From positions 7,697 through 71,696 of the forward strand of contig CALSCP010000738.1 in assembly GCA_943704425.1 (NCBI GenBank): DNA of 64,000 bases, given 5' to 3'. A model generated the notes under the pieces. It did not search any database. It saw nothing but the letters and a program-made list of their open reading frames with translations, and was not told the DNA's origin. Source of the DNA: Ministeria vibrans ATCC 50519 (Eukaryota > Protista > Filasterea). Shown here one piece after another: positions 41,714 to 53,558 of the stretch (position 1 is the stretch's first letter; each line of letters opens with the position of its first letter). The translations under genes and the position numbers were made by a program.

Positions 41714-42680
41714 GTTATTATTACTATTATTATTCTTATTATTATTCTTATTATTATTATTGTTATTATTATTTTTATTATGACTGTAGCATGACACACG
41801 CATTGAGAGCTCACGACATTACATTGATTTGGGGATCGTAATTGCGGAAGAACACCAAGACGAAGGGTCACGATTCAAGGCGATGGCTTCGTCGGGACCC
41901 GAGCCAGACCGGACCGTTGCCGTGTCGAAGCCTGTTGTGCTGCAGCCAGGCCACACGTATGTGGTTGCTGCATTTACGGCGGGTGCGCTGCTGGCCAAGC
42001 TTAAGCGCAAGAAGGCTCCAGCAACACCCCATGTGCTTGTCAACGAGGAGGAGCGTCGACTCACCGCAAAGGGAGAGGAGGCTGTCCGTCTTGTGTTCAA
42101 CTCTGCCGCTGATATTGACTTGGACGGTTTCATGGGCCGGTATGAACCGTGTTCTATTTTTTATTTGTTCTTTACGCGGATTTATTTGTTGTCGTAGGGA
42201 TGATTTGGAGCACTTTTTTCGTGTAACGGATGGCACAGAGTTGAGCAACGACGTGTATTGTTCGATGCAGCACGTGTGCCACAGCGACGGAGCCGGTCGG
42301 CTCACTGAAGAGGGTCTTGTTGACCGGTATGAGCTCGAATGGGACATTTGTGTGTTTTTATGTGGCGCTTTATATACATCGCTCTCACTCATGTTTTTTT
42401 AAGGTACAACTATCTTATTCGAATGCGTCGTCGTGACAATGAGTCGATTCTGCGAGACTTGCGATTCTTTGGGCTCACCGAAGCACTAAAACTTGAAGCG
42501 TCGTTTCCCGTTGCGCTCTCACTGTACACATCTGTGTCCATCACGGATAGTATGATCACTGGGCTTGTGGGCGACGCGGCGCTCTCGGGACGCGACTGGG
42601 ATACGCTGCTGTCGTCACCCGTGCGCGACCTAGGGTTGACAATGGATCTTGGTGACAACGTCTCTCTGCGCACGTTTATC
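39264..42680 (+). CDS. Calpain-like protein, catalytic Cys replaced by Tyr, with C-terminal EF-hand (EFCAB7-like) region; continues into the gap
   Basis: FVDMSFLP, DYWLFSALACLCE, ITVDDYI, WSMLVEKAFAK, YDALCSGG..SEALADLTG, HGYTVL, KLRNPY and TFWM, then EF-hand-like DIDLDGFMGRDDL. Confidence 0.82.
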
Positions 42681-42745
42681 GTATGACGCACCTCTTTTGT
42701 CTCCGTGGTGTGATATAATGTTACATTTTTTTTTTCTTTTTTTTT

Positions 42746-43500
42746 NNNNNNNNNNNNNNNNNNNNNNNNNNNNNNNNNNNNNNNNNNNNNNNNNNNNNNN
42801 NNNNNNNNNNNNNNNNNNNNNNNNNNNNNNNNNNNNNNNNNNNNNNNNNNNNNNNNNNNNNNNNNNNNNNNNNNNNNNNNNNNNNNNNNNNNNNNNNNNN
42901 NNNNNNNNNNNNNNNNNNNNNNNNNNNNNNNNNNNNNNNNNNNNNNNNNNNNNNNNNNNNNNNNNNNNNNNNNNNNNNNNNNNNNNNNNNNNNNNNNNNN
43001 NNNNNNNNNNNNNNNNNNNNNNNNNNNNNNNNNNNNNNNNNNNNNNNNNNNNNNNNNNNNNNNNNNNNNNNNNNNNNNNNNNNNNNNNNNNNNNNNNNNN
43101 NNNNNNNNNNNNNNNNNNNNNNNNNNNNNNNNNNNNNNNNNNNNNNNNNNNNNNNNNNNNNNNNNNNNNNNNNNNNNNNNNNNNNNNNNNNNNNNNNNNN
43201 NNNNNNNNNNNNNNNNNNNNNNNNNNNNNNNNNNNNNNNNNNNNNNNNNNNNNNNNNNNNNNNNNNNNNNNNNNNNNNNNNNNNNNNNNNNNNNNNNNNN
43301 NNNNNNNNNNNNNNNNNNNNNNNNNNNNNNNNNNNNNNNNNNNNNNNNNNNNNNNNNNNNNNNNNNNNNNNNNNNNNNNNNNNNNNNNNNNNNNNNNNNN
43401 NNNNNNNNNNNNNNNNNNNNNNNNNNNNNNNNNNNNNNNNNNNNNNNNNNNNNNNNNNNNNNNNNNNNNNNNNNNNNNNNNNNNNNNNNNNNNNNNNNNN
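42746..43500. other. Assembly gap (N run); short N runs also near 4081, 39417 and 52476
   Basis: Run of N characters flanked by poly-T and (TTA)n. Confidence 1.
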
Positions 43501-43610
<110 letters not shown>

Positions 43611-43776
43611 ATAATAAATAATTAATAATAATTATTATTCGTGTTTTGACATTGAGTAGAGCTCTCGATTCTCTATTATTTTATTCTTCTTAATAATTAT
43701 TATTATTATTATTATTCTTATGGGTATGTGTGTGACTAAACGTGTATATAGATGTAAAATATTGTGTGCGTTGTAC

Positions 43777-44484
43777 CACAAGTTCGTCGTCAAAGTGGTT
43801 TTCTTTCATGTCAAGCCATCGAAGTGCCTTTAGCTCGCCAAAGGACGCGGGCAAGTCAGACAATCTAAGGATTAATGTGTTCACATTAAACCATGATTAG
43901 GATCGTCGACTTACTCGTTCTGGAACAAATCGAGCTTGCGCAGTCGTAAAAGGTCGCCAAAATTGTCGGGAAGCGAGCGAATTTTACTGCACGGAGGAGA
44001 CGGATGAGAACAAAGAGAAGGCGTACGTTCAACTTACTTTTGACTGAGATCAAGACTGAGAGCAAGAAAATGAAAAGAGGGCACACAATCACACACACAC
44101 ACACACACACAGAGGGTTAGTAAGAAGCAGATGTGGGGAAGTATGACGTACTCAACAATGTGGGTGAGCGCAGGGAACCTATTCAAACGACCGGTAAGGT
44201 TATGCAATGAGACATCATATTATGCATCGCTTACGAGTCCGGCACAGCCGTGAGAAGATTGCGACTCAGATCAATGCGGGTGGCACGAGGAAGCAAAGCC
44301 TAGGGAAGGCGGAGTGAGGGGCGGTGGGAAGCGAACAGGCGGAGGGCAGTGGCAACAGTACAAGATCGCGCACGGGCACAAGCTTCAGGCTTTGAATGCT
44401 CGCATCAAGATTGCCCTCGTCGTCCACTAGATGCTTCAAATTCGAAATGGGTGTCACAGAGGGGCCAGATTTTGACTTTCCCAT
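43777..44484 (-). CDS. LRRC59: Leucine-rich repeat protein, LRRC59-like (N-terminal exons; continues toward the gap)
   Basis: Short exons assemble to NLDASIQSLKLVPVRDL..DLSRNLLTAVPD..LTHIV..LDLSQ..LPDNFGDLLRLRKLDL..LPASFGELKALRWLDMKEN, collinear with the LRRC59 N-terminus as recalled. Confidence 0.7.
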
Positions 44485-44554
44485 TGTGAGAAAAAAAATA
44501 TTGTAATTGTATTGATTGATTCAATCCAAGGTTTTAGTTTTCAGCGACAGAGAC

Positions 44555-45030
44555 TCAACGGCGACGCTGAAGCTCATTTCGAATCATTTCCACTTCTTTG
44601 GCTGTTTTAAACACACTCCTATTTTCGTTGGCTCGGCGCGAGAGGTACGGAGTGACCGTTTCGATTGGACCATACGGACAGCATTTGTACACTTTCTGTC
44701 CTGCCTAAGAAAAAAAATAATCAGAAATAACCATAAGAGTGCGCTTCCACGAATTCATTTATTCCACAAATCCACGACGATTCCACTTCAGTCGTTGGTA
44801 CCTTGGCCAGGGAAAAGGTGATGTGGTCGGCCATGCCAAGCAACTGACCAAAATAGAGTCCATGCGATACTTTTGAGGGTGGAGAAAGACTACTACGCTG
44901 GTAGTGCTTGTGGAGCTTCAAAGCGTACGCAACACTCTCCACATTGTGACTGGCAACCATCAGATGCGCGGACTGGCTTTGTCGTCCGATAATCTTACCC
45001 AATATTTAGATGTGGAGAGAAGTGCGTATA

Positions 45031-45072
<42 letters not shown>

Positions 45073-47069
45073 CATAATTATATAGTTGCACTTTCTATCG
45101 AGTCTTATTACTGTCCTCCTCTTTCCCTCTGAGTTTGTTTCTTTCTCCTCTCTTACTATGTACGTAGTGATTGAGTACCTCCTTGAGACAAGTGTTATAA
45201 TTCGCGTCCGTCAGTGTCTTGTTGCTCCAAATAGGTGACACAATGTTAGTGTCCAGTGCAATTTGATTCTCCTGCTCCAAATATGCTCCACGGACTAGTT
45301 TACCCGCAAAAACGTAACCTACCGCCAACCAAAAACAAGCACAGGATAAAGACCGAAAAGAGTACGTGTTCGTTGTACCTCCGCGACGGGCACACTCAAG
45401 GTCATCGAGAATGTTAGCATGGGTGGACGTGAGATATGCTTGGAAGGTGTTAAAGACAACGGGGCGGGAGTGGTTGTGGCGCGCCTGCAGGTGGCGCACG
45501 ACGCCGTCAATGGCAAGCTGAGAAAGGGAGGCGTGTGGTGAACGAGTGATGTGCCTGTCTGGCCTGTATCGTGCCATACTTGCATGTACGTCTGCTCCGC
45601 ATCAATCAGTAATCGCACTCCATGCTCATCTGCTGCCTCAGTTACCTGCCCAATCCGCCTAAACCCAATAATAATTAATTCTTGCAAGACACAAACATAA
45701 TTATATATTTTGCCCTGACTTGAGCATTGCGCTCAACCACTCAACTTCACGGTCATTGAGAAAGTCACTCGACTGAAACGGCGCGCGTGTCGCCTGCACC
45801 AGAAGCGATCTCTCCGATGAAACAAATAACTCCATTTGCTGTTCCATCCAATCGAGTCGGTCGATTTTTCCGTCGCCGTCCAAATCCAATCGCTCGAAAT
45901 ACTAAGTAGACCGAAAGTGATATTCATTTATATTGTTCGTTTGTTTGTTTTTGTTCATACCTCTTTTGCTTCTTCCTTGGTCGCATCAATGCCGAGTTGA
46001 CGCAGTCCTGCGTTAAAAGTGGCATAGTCAATGACAGAATGAGAGAGAGCGTCGTCCGTGAGAGACGAACGCGGGGTGGGATCCAGGACAAGCACTGGCC
46101 ACGCCATGCGCAGACGACGCACAAGCGTCGTCATGCGAGTAAGCAGAGACGGGTTTCCTAGTGCAGTCATTTTCACAGCGACAAATGGGTCGCTGGAATT
46201 CTTGTTGTGATGCTGTTGCTGGGCGGCTTTCCGCACAGAGTCAAGCATCAAGCGGAGATTCTCGTCACACGCTCCTTCGCACTGACTGTCCGACACCAGT
46301 CCCGCTGCGTTGCTGCTGTTGATGTTCTTGGAACCTTCGACATCCGCCTCGGCCGAATAGAAGTAAATCGCACCAATGCGCCGGTCGCGTAGAAACTCAA
46401 CAGTGTTCAAAAGGGTTCGGCTGTCTTCGCCCGCGCAAAAATGTCCAAAAAAGGTCTCACGCAAGATCCAATCCATAATGCGGTCTATACGCAATAGTGC
46501 ATACAAGTCATTTTGCACTCACACTTCAACGTAAATGAGATACCTCGCAGCACAAACCGGCCGATTTTCAAAAGTGTTTCGGAATGGTCCACCAAAAAAT
46601 CGACCTGAAGAAAACAATGAGAATTTTGGAGCGTGAAAAGCAAAAGAAACTGAGGAGTGTAATCAGCGTATGTCATGCTTAACAACGGCTGTATGCCGAA
46701 TGTGAACAAGAGTCAAGATGGGTGCGGAGTGGCGAAAGAGGAAGAAAATTGGAGCACAGATGACAAGTCATCCAAAGATGAATAGCAAGTGCACAGGCGC
46801 ATGACGCAGATAGGAACGGCAAGAATGCGTGAACTTTGAACGATTGCAGGCACCTGACAGAGGCGGAGAACAAGCAGGGCACGCTGGAGCTGTCGGGTTG
46901 TCTTGGCACCGTACGCCGTCTGAGAATCATAAAAGGCGGACTGATCCTGCTCGGTGGGCATCGGCACATTGTTGTTGACTTCATTGATGCCGACGGCAGC
47001 AGAAGTGCGCAGTGAGCGAGCGAAAGCAAAGGTTCGCAGAGACGAAAGTCGATGTAGAAGAGGAGACAT
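44555..47069 (-). CDS. PRODH: Proline dehydrogenase paralogue A (variant YKCCPYGP motif), multi-exon
   Basis: TFFGHFCAGE, AVKMTALG, LLIDAEQTYMQ, VFNTFQAYL, KLVRGAYLEQE, MVASHN, YFGQLLGMAD and PYLSRRANEN. Confidence 0.9.
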
Positions 47070-47265
47070 CAATATGAAGATGAGCTGCAAATTCAACCGC
47101 GGCGAGCCGCACGGAAGGATCACACAGCAGAGAGACAGACAGTTGCCGGTACGGTGATTAGTACAGTTGTAAAAGATATTGTGAAGCTGACATTCAACTC
47201 GAAAACGAAAAAGCGACAACACATTATTATTATTGAAGAGAACAACAAACACTCGTCTTCTTTCT

Positions 47266-50247
47266 CTAACGACGCTTGAGCTCGTTCTGGATCATCTCGA
47301 TCTCCTTGGTGGTGTTGAGCACGCCGCGGTTCTCCTTAGCGCGACGCGACAGATACGGCGACACTAATTTGATGGGCCCGTAGGGACAATATTTATACAC
47401 ATGGTGTCCGTCCTAATGGTTCCAAAGGTCGAAAACAGTGGTGTTTCAGCCGTCGTAATATGTGACGCATTCCGGAAATAATTGGGATACCTTGGCAAGG
47501 GAAAAGGTGATGTAGTCGGCCATGCCAAGCAGTTGGGCAAAGTAAAGACCATGGGATACATTGGATTTGTAGAGGGCGCCTGCTTGGTTCTGGTAGTGCG
47601 CAAGCAGTTTGGCAGCGTACGCAACACTAGTTACATTGTGACTGGCAACCATCAAATGCGCAGACTGGTTGCGACGACTCATAATCTTAAGAGAGGGGAG
47701 GAAAAAAAAAACAAAGTGATATAGTGAGAGAGAGAGAAGAAGAAAGAAACAAAGTGATAAGAGGAGAACGAAACAAAGTGATAAGAGGAGAACGAAACAA
47801 AGTGATAGAAAGAAACAAAGTGATAGAGAAGAAAAAAACAAAGTGATAAAGGAGAAAAAACAAAGTGATAAGAGGAGAAAAAAACAAAGTGATAAAGGAG
47901 AAAAAAACAAAGTGATAGAGGAGAAACAGACATGAAGGAGAAACAAACAAAGTGATAAAGGAAAAAGAAACAAAGTGATAAAGGAGAAAATAACACAGTG
48001 ATAAAGGAGAAAAAAACAAAGTGATAAAGGAGAAAAAAACAAAGTGATAGAGAGAGAGGTGATAGTGGAGAGTGTGTGTGTCGGTAAATGAGGGTGTGAG
48101 CAAAGCGCCAATGGCCTGTCAATCCAGTGTACCTCTTTGATGCAGTCGTTGTAGCACCTGTCTGTCAGAGACTTGTTCGGCCAAATGGGCGACGCGGCGC
48201 CCGCAAGCTTGTTCTCTTGCTCTAAATACGCTCCACGCACAAGCTTACCCGCAAAAATGTATCCTGATCTCGCAACGAAAATGAGACAAACGTAAAATCG
48301 AGAAAATAGTGTGAATGACTATAAACGTACCGCCACGACGAGCGCGCTCAAGATCATTGATAACGTGGGAGTGAGAGTAGGTAAGATAGGCCTGGTAGGT
48401 ATTGAAGACGACGGGACGGGTGCGGTTATGGCGGGCCTGTAGGTGGTTCACCACTTGGTCAATGGCCGCCTAGTAGAGCACGGATGAGACACGTACTCAC
48501 TTTGACATTCACATACTAAGCACATGAAACACGCACTAATTCTTTAATTATATTATAAATATGCATACATACATGTATCATGTATGCGGACATACACACA
48601 CACGTCATACGCACACCAATGTAATTGTAATCACTCGCATAGTCAATACCTGCATGTAGGATTGCTCTGCATCTACCAGCAGATGCACTCCATTCTCATC
48701 TGCCGCTTGGGCCAAACACTCAATCCGTCTACGAGAGAGAGAAAGAGAGAGAATAACAATAATTATGTGTAAGCAAGACACAAAAGAACCAAAAAAAAAT
48801 GAACATCATACTCGATGAGATTGCTCAAGAGCTCAACCTCAGTGGAGTCAAGGAAGTCATCGGCGTGGAAGGGAGCACGAGTGGCACGCACGAGGGGAGA
48901 GTCGTCGGCGGACAAGAACAGCGTCATTTGCTGCCCCATCCACTCAAGATAGTCCATGTGCCCGTCTCCGTCTGTGTCTAGCTTGCGAAAATACTACACA
49001 CAATCATAATACAGTCGTGTTACAATTTGGGGTGTGATTTTTTTTTTTTTTGCAATGGTACGCACGTCGTTTGCTTCCTCTTTGCTCAAATCAATGCCGA
49101 GTCGTCGCAGTCCCGCGTCAAAGGTCTCACAGTCAATGGCCGCATCAGACAAATGATCGCGCATCAGCGACTCGACGGCAGGGTTCTTGACGTCCGTAGA
49201 TGATGCCCATGTCATGCGCAGACCGCGCACAATTTTGGTCATGCGCGTGAGCAGCGAAGGTTTGCCCAGTGCTGTCATTTTCACTGCAACAAACCCATCG
49301 CCGGGACTCACTCCAAGCCGCTGTTGACGTCCCGCTTCACGCACGGCCGCTAGAGTCAACTCAAGATTGTCATCACATTCCTTTTCTCCCTTGTAGTCGT
49401 AGATGCGAGCTGACACCACCATACGACGCACTCCGTCACGCCGCTCCGCACGCGATCCCTGGGCCAGCGGTGCCTCGTGGGTCGTTTCGACGTCCGCCTC
49501 GGCGGCATAATCGTAAATGGCGCCAATGCGTCGGTTGCGCAGAAACTCCACCGTCTTCTCGAGCTCGGCGTTGTCCTCTCCAGCGCAAAAGTGTCCGAAG
49601 AATGTTTCGCGCATGATCCAATCCATCGCACGGTCTGAGCACACAAGAGAAAGGGCAATCAACAACCACATCTCTTTCAAGACAAACCCAGTACCTCCGA
49701 GCACGCGACGCCCTAGCTTCATCAATGTCTCAGAGTGCCGCACCAAAAAATCGACCTGACGAAACAAAACAGTAAGAAATAGCGGAAGGTTCCAGTCTAA
49801 GTGTGGTAATACTCTCGTGGTGTCATTCCGCCATCGAATGGCGTGAATGAAACCACGTAGACACCAGTCTGTCCAAACCCCTCAAAAACACACACAAAAC
49901 ACAAAAACGTCGTTCCCATGAACACCATCCAAAACAAACCCCACTAAGGGACACTCGTCGGCGGCGCAGGAGGAAGCGCCAAACCCACATGCACTTGTGA
50001 AGGACTGCAGTACCTGGCAGAGGCGCAGGACAAAGAGCGCACGCTTCAGTTGCGTTGTTGTCTTGGCTCCATACGCGATCTGCGAATCGTGGAACGCCGC
50101 CTGGTCCTCCTCGGTGGGAACCGGCAGGCTGTTGCTGTTGTTGCCGTTGCTGTTGGCATCATGGGTGCGTACGGCAGCGGAACTGCGCAGTGAGCGAACC
50201 ACAGAGAAAGTGCGCAGGGATGACTTTCGAAGCAGACTTGAAATCAT
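47266..50247 (-). CDS. PRODH: Proline dehydrogenase paralogue B (canonical YKYCPYGP motif), multi-exon
   Basis: Same motif set and matching exon layout as paralogue A, with IYDYAAEAD, DAEQSYMQ and PYLSRRAKEN. Confidence 0.92.
47700..48065. repeat. Minisatellite of AAACAAAGTGATA(A/G)-based units (intronic); family recurs across the window
   Basis: More than a dozen degenerate units here. The same core occurs at 1-300, ~9000, ~9810-9880, ~21810-21930, ~22770-22850, ~35630-35800, ~55680-56100 and ~60650-60940. Confidence 0.85.
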
Positions 50248-50446
50248 CAAATTCACTCAATCAAAGGACACACGGATTCAAATGAGCGACTTGCAACACA
50301 GCCAAGAACGCTGAATCGCAACAAAAAAGGCGATCAAGGTCGACAGAAAAGAATAACTATTAATTTAATACGTTTCATTCATTCAGTTTGTTTTTGAGCT
50401 GCCTAAAAGTGAGCCCCCGTCACTTTGAAGTGTACTTGTCTTAATA

Positions 50447-51787
50447 ATGGTGGGCCCGTCGACGGCGCATTTTATCGCGGGCACCGTTGCCGGTAAAGCT
50501 GGAAACATACACGAGTTCTGTTGCGATAAAGCACCTCTGACTGACTGTCTGTCGTCTTCCCGCCGAAAGGGACCTGCGCCACCGGCTTGCTCCATCCGTT
50601 GGATCTAATCAAAATCCGAATGCAGGTATGCAGGCCGTGGATGCTTGGTGTGTTGCATTGAGCGAGAAGGGGCGCTGAAGTCCCGTCGACGTGTTTGTGT
50701 GTAGGTGACGGACGGTCTGACTGAACGGCCCGTCTACCGCAACACCTACCATGCTCTGGTCACGATAGTGCGCTCCGAAGGGCCGCGTGCCCTCTATCAG
50801 GGCCTCACACCAAGCTTGTACGCGTCTTTTTGATGGAGAAACTCACACACGAGCGCTCACTTACGTTTCGCAGATGGGGCTCGGGTCTGTCGTGGGGGCT
50901 GTACTTTGCCGGCTACAATCGAGCCAAAGGGCTCTTTGCAAAGACGCTCCACGGCGATTCGCTGGCCACCGACAAGCTGGGCAGTGTCGAGCACTTGTGT
51001 GCGGGCGTGGCAACAGGAGCCGCCATTATGGCCATCACCAATCCCATATGGGTGGTCAAAACTCGAATGTGTAGCGAGGTGCACACGCAAACAGACGCCC
51101 TTTTTTCTCTCCCCCTCAATCTTTTCATCCTCTCCTTGGCATACATTCTTGACTAAACGTTCTTTTTTGTTTGTTGTCCTGGTCTTTTGTCATTCAGGTT
51201 GGCCGCAAGCCGTACAGGTCGCTGTGGTCAGGCATCCACAGCATTTACAACAGTGAGGGTCTGGCGGGCCTCTACCGTGGCTTCGTGCCGGGACTCTTTG
51301 GTACCTTGCACGGTGCCGTTCAGTTTGCAGTGTACGACCGTCTCAAGCGTGTCTGGCTGCAACGCCCATCCGTGTTGCGTCGCGCCCAAGAGCGCCTGCG
51401 CAATCCTCACACCTACCGAACCAAAGATGGCCTCTCCACCGTTGACTATCTGTTTTTGGCGGCGCTCAGCAAAAGCATTGCCCAAACGCTCACATACCCC
51501 TACCAAATAGTGCGTGCGCGACTCCAAGTCCAGCGCGACTTGGGCAATTCCCACTACAAGGGCGCCGCCGATGCCGTCCGCAAGACCTTTCGGTACACAC
51601 TACTCCCCTCCGACCGCACCATGTCAGAATCTTATTTGTTCTTATTTTGTTTTGCAGAAATGAGGGTGTACTTGGTATGTACAAGGGACTTGGTCCGAGC
51701 ATTCTGCGTGTGCTGCCTGCCACCTGTGTCACCTTTGTAGTCTACGAGAACATCAGTGGAGCACTGCTGTACAACAATAACATGTAA
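50447..51787 (+). CDS. SLC25A32: Mitochondrial carrier, folate/FAD transporter type, multi-exon
   Basis: Three PxDxxK/R-type repeats (HPLDLIKIRMQ, NPIWVVKTRM, YPYQIVRARLQ), plus SWGLYF and GLYRGFVPGLFGTLHGAVQF. Confidence 0.85.
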
Positions 51788-52045
51788 CCCCGTAACATAG
51801 TTCCTTCTTGTTTGGTAGCCTTCTTTACGCATATTTATTTGTCAGTCAACACAGGGTTTCTTCAAAGCGAAATTCTTGTGATCAAGAGGTGCTTTCCACA
51901 TTTACATTCAAAAGAAGATACAACTGCCAAAGTAATAGTATTTTTAGACCGCGATCATTTTTATTCAAACCTCTCCTCCTCCGATCACTGTCGACTTGCT
52001 CTCCCCTCTTGTTGACACGCTGGGCTTTTTGGTGCATATTTCTCT

Positions 52046-52434
52046 ATGGACGACGATGAGGTTGGAAGGCGCTTGTGTGTGTGTTTTTTCCTTCTTTTTT
52101 TTCGTATGGTGTCGTTTGTCTCTTTGAGTCCCGTTCCACTGCCATTTCCTCGTCGCCGGCCGTCGTTTGCTGCTCTATCCGCCGTTGTTTGTCACACTGT
52201 CGAGGGAGAGCCCCAGCCAGACGAGTGCACAGTCTGAACTTTTGATTCTGTCGCACTGTCTCAGTGTTTTCGTCACATCTCCACTGACTTCTCTCCAGTC
52301 GCACGCCGCCCCTTCAACCCGCCAGCCCCCCCGACCTTTTTGCTGCCGTTACCCTCCACCGCCCACGAGCCTCCCTGCTCTCCTCTCAATCGTCGACATT
52401 GCGCTCTCCAACAAAATATCGCTCGCGCGCTTTG

Positions 52435-52475
<41 letters not shown>

Positions 52476-52584
52476 NNNNNNNNNNCTTCAGGGCAGATTG
52501 AAACATCCGCGACATGTCAGTGACGCTCTAGGTACAACAACCAATCATTATTATATTATTCTCTCTCTTCCGTCTCTGTCTCCT

Positions 52585-52634
<50 letters not shown>

Positions 52635-53499
52635 CGTCTTTCCTCCTCGAGTGTATGCCTCGTTGTGGGGTCTGCCGTGGGCCCACAGGCGCCATACTCC
52701 CCGCGTGTCTCCCCCTTAATAATTGGTTCCTTTTCTCTCCTCGTTTTCCCCATCACACAGTTGCGTCGTCGAGGGTCGCTCAATCTTGACTTTCTTGATC
52801 TCGACGGCTCCGACCCGTCTCTCCTGGACCTTGTCGAAGAGGTAAACTGACAGCTTCCGTTTGAGACGACAGTCTTGGGAACAACCACCTAATCTCCTTC
52901 TACTGCTCCTGTCACTTTAGGATCCCGCTGCGACACACTCCGAGTGTGACGACGACGATGACGAGGCGACACGAAAAACTTTGACTGACCTTATGCGAAC
53001 CTTTTCATTGGAGCAAAACAAAGAGGGGAGTGGAAGTGCCGCGGGTGGTGGTGTTGATGGTGGTGGTGTTGGTGGTGGGAGTGGCGGAGGCGAGACGACA
53101 GTGGTCTTGGCATGTTCATCGGATGGGAGTACACTCCTTCGCGAGGGTGGCACTCTTGCTGAAAGTGGCGACAACCTGACAACAAGTAGCGACAATCTTC
53201 TTATGGCGAGTGGCGACAGTCTCGTTGGTGAGGCATCGACTCTCTCGGGGTCATCGTTAAATCTAGTGATCTCCTCGGTGGAACTTACTGTCACCGAGTC
53301 CGAAGGCAACGCACCGGGTCTGCTGACGAAGCAAAAGGCCAAGAGAGAGCGTTCGGCGGGCCTCGAACAGGCACAAGCACTCGAGTACATGCGACGCTCG
53401 CCACGAAACACCTCAGCGTCCACCGAGTCTCTCAACCAACTCACCTCAACACAACAAACCTCCACGTTTGACGACCAAGCGCAACTCAATCATCAACGT

Positions 53500-53558
<59 letters not shown>

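Noticed and set aside
47484-47490. Possible U12-type intron (donor GTATCCC) in PRODH copy B
   Set aside because: It deviates from GTATCCTT, has no TCCTTAAC branch site, and the paralogous intron has an ordinary donor.
47700-48065. CRISPR-like array
   Set aside because: Eukaryotic intron with degenerate short units, no unique spacers and no cas genes.
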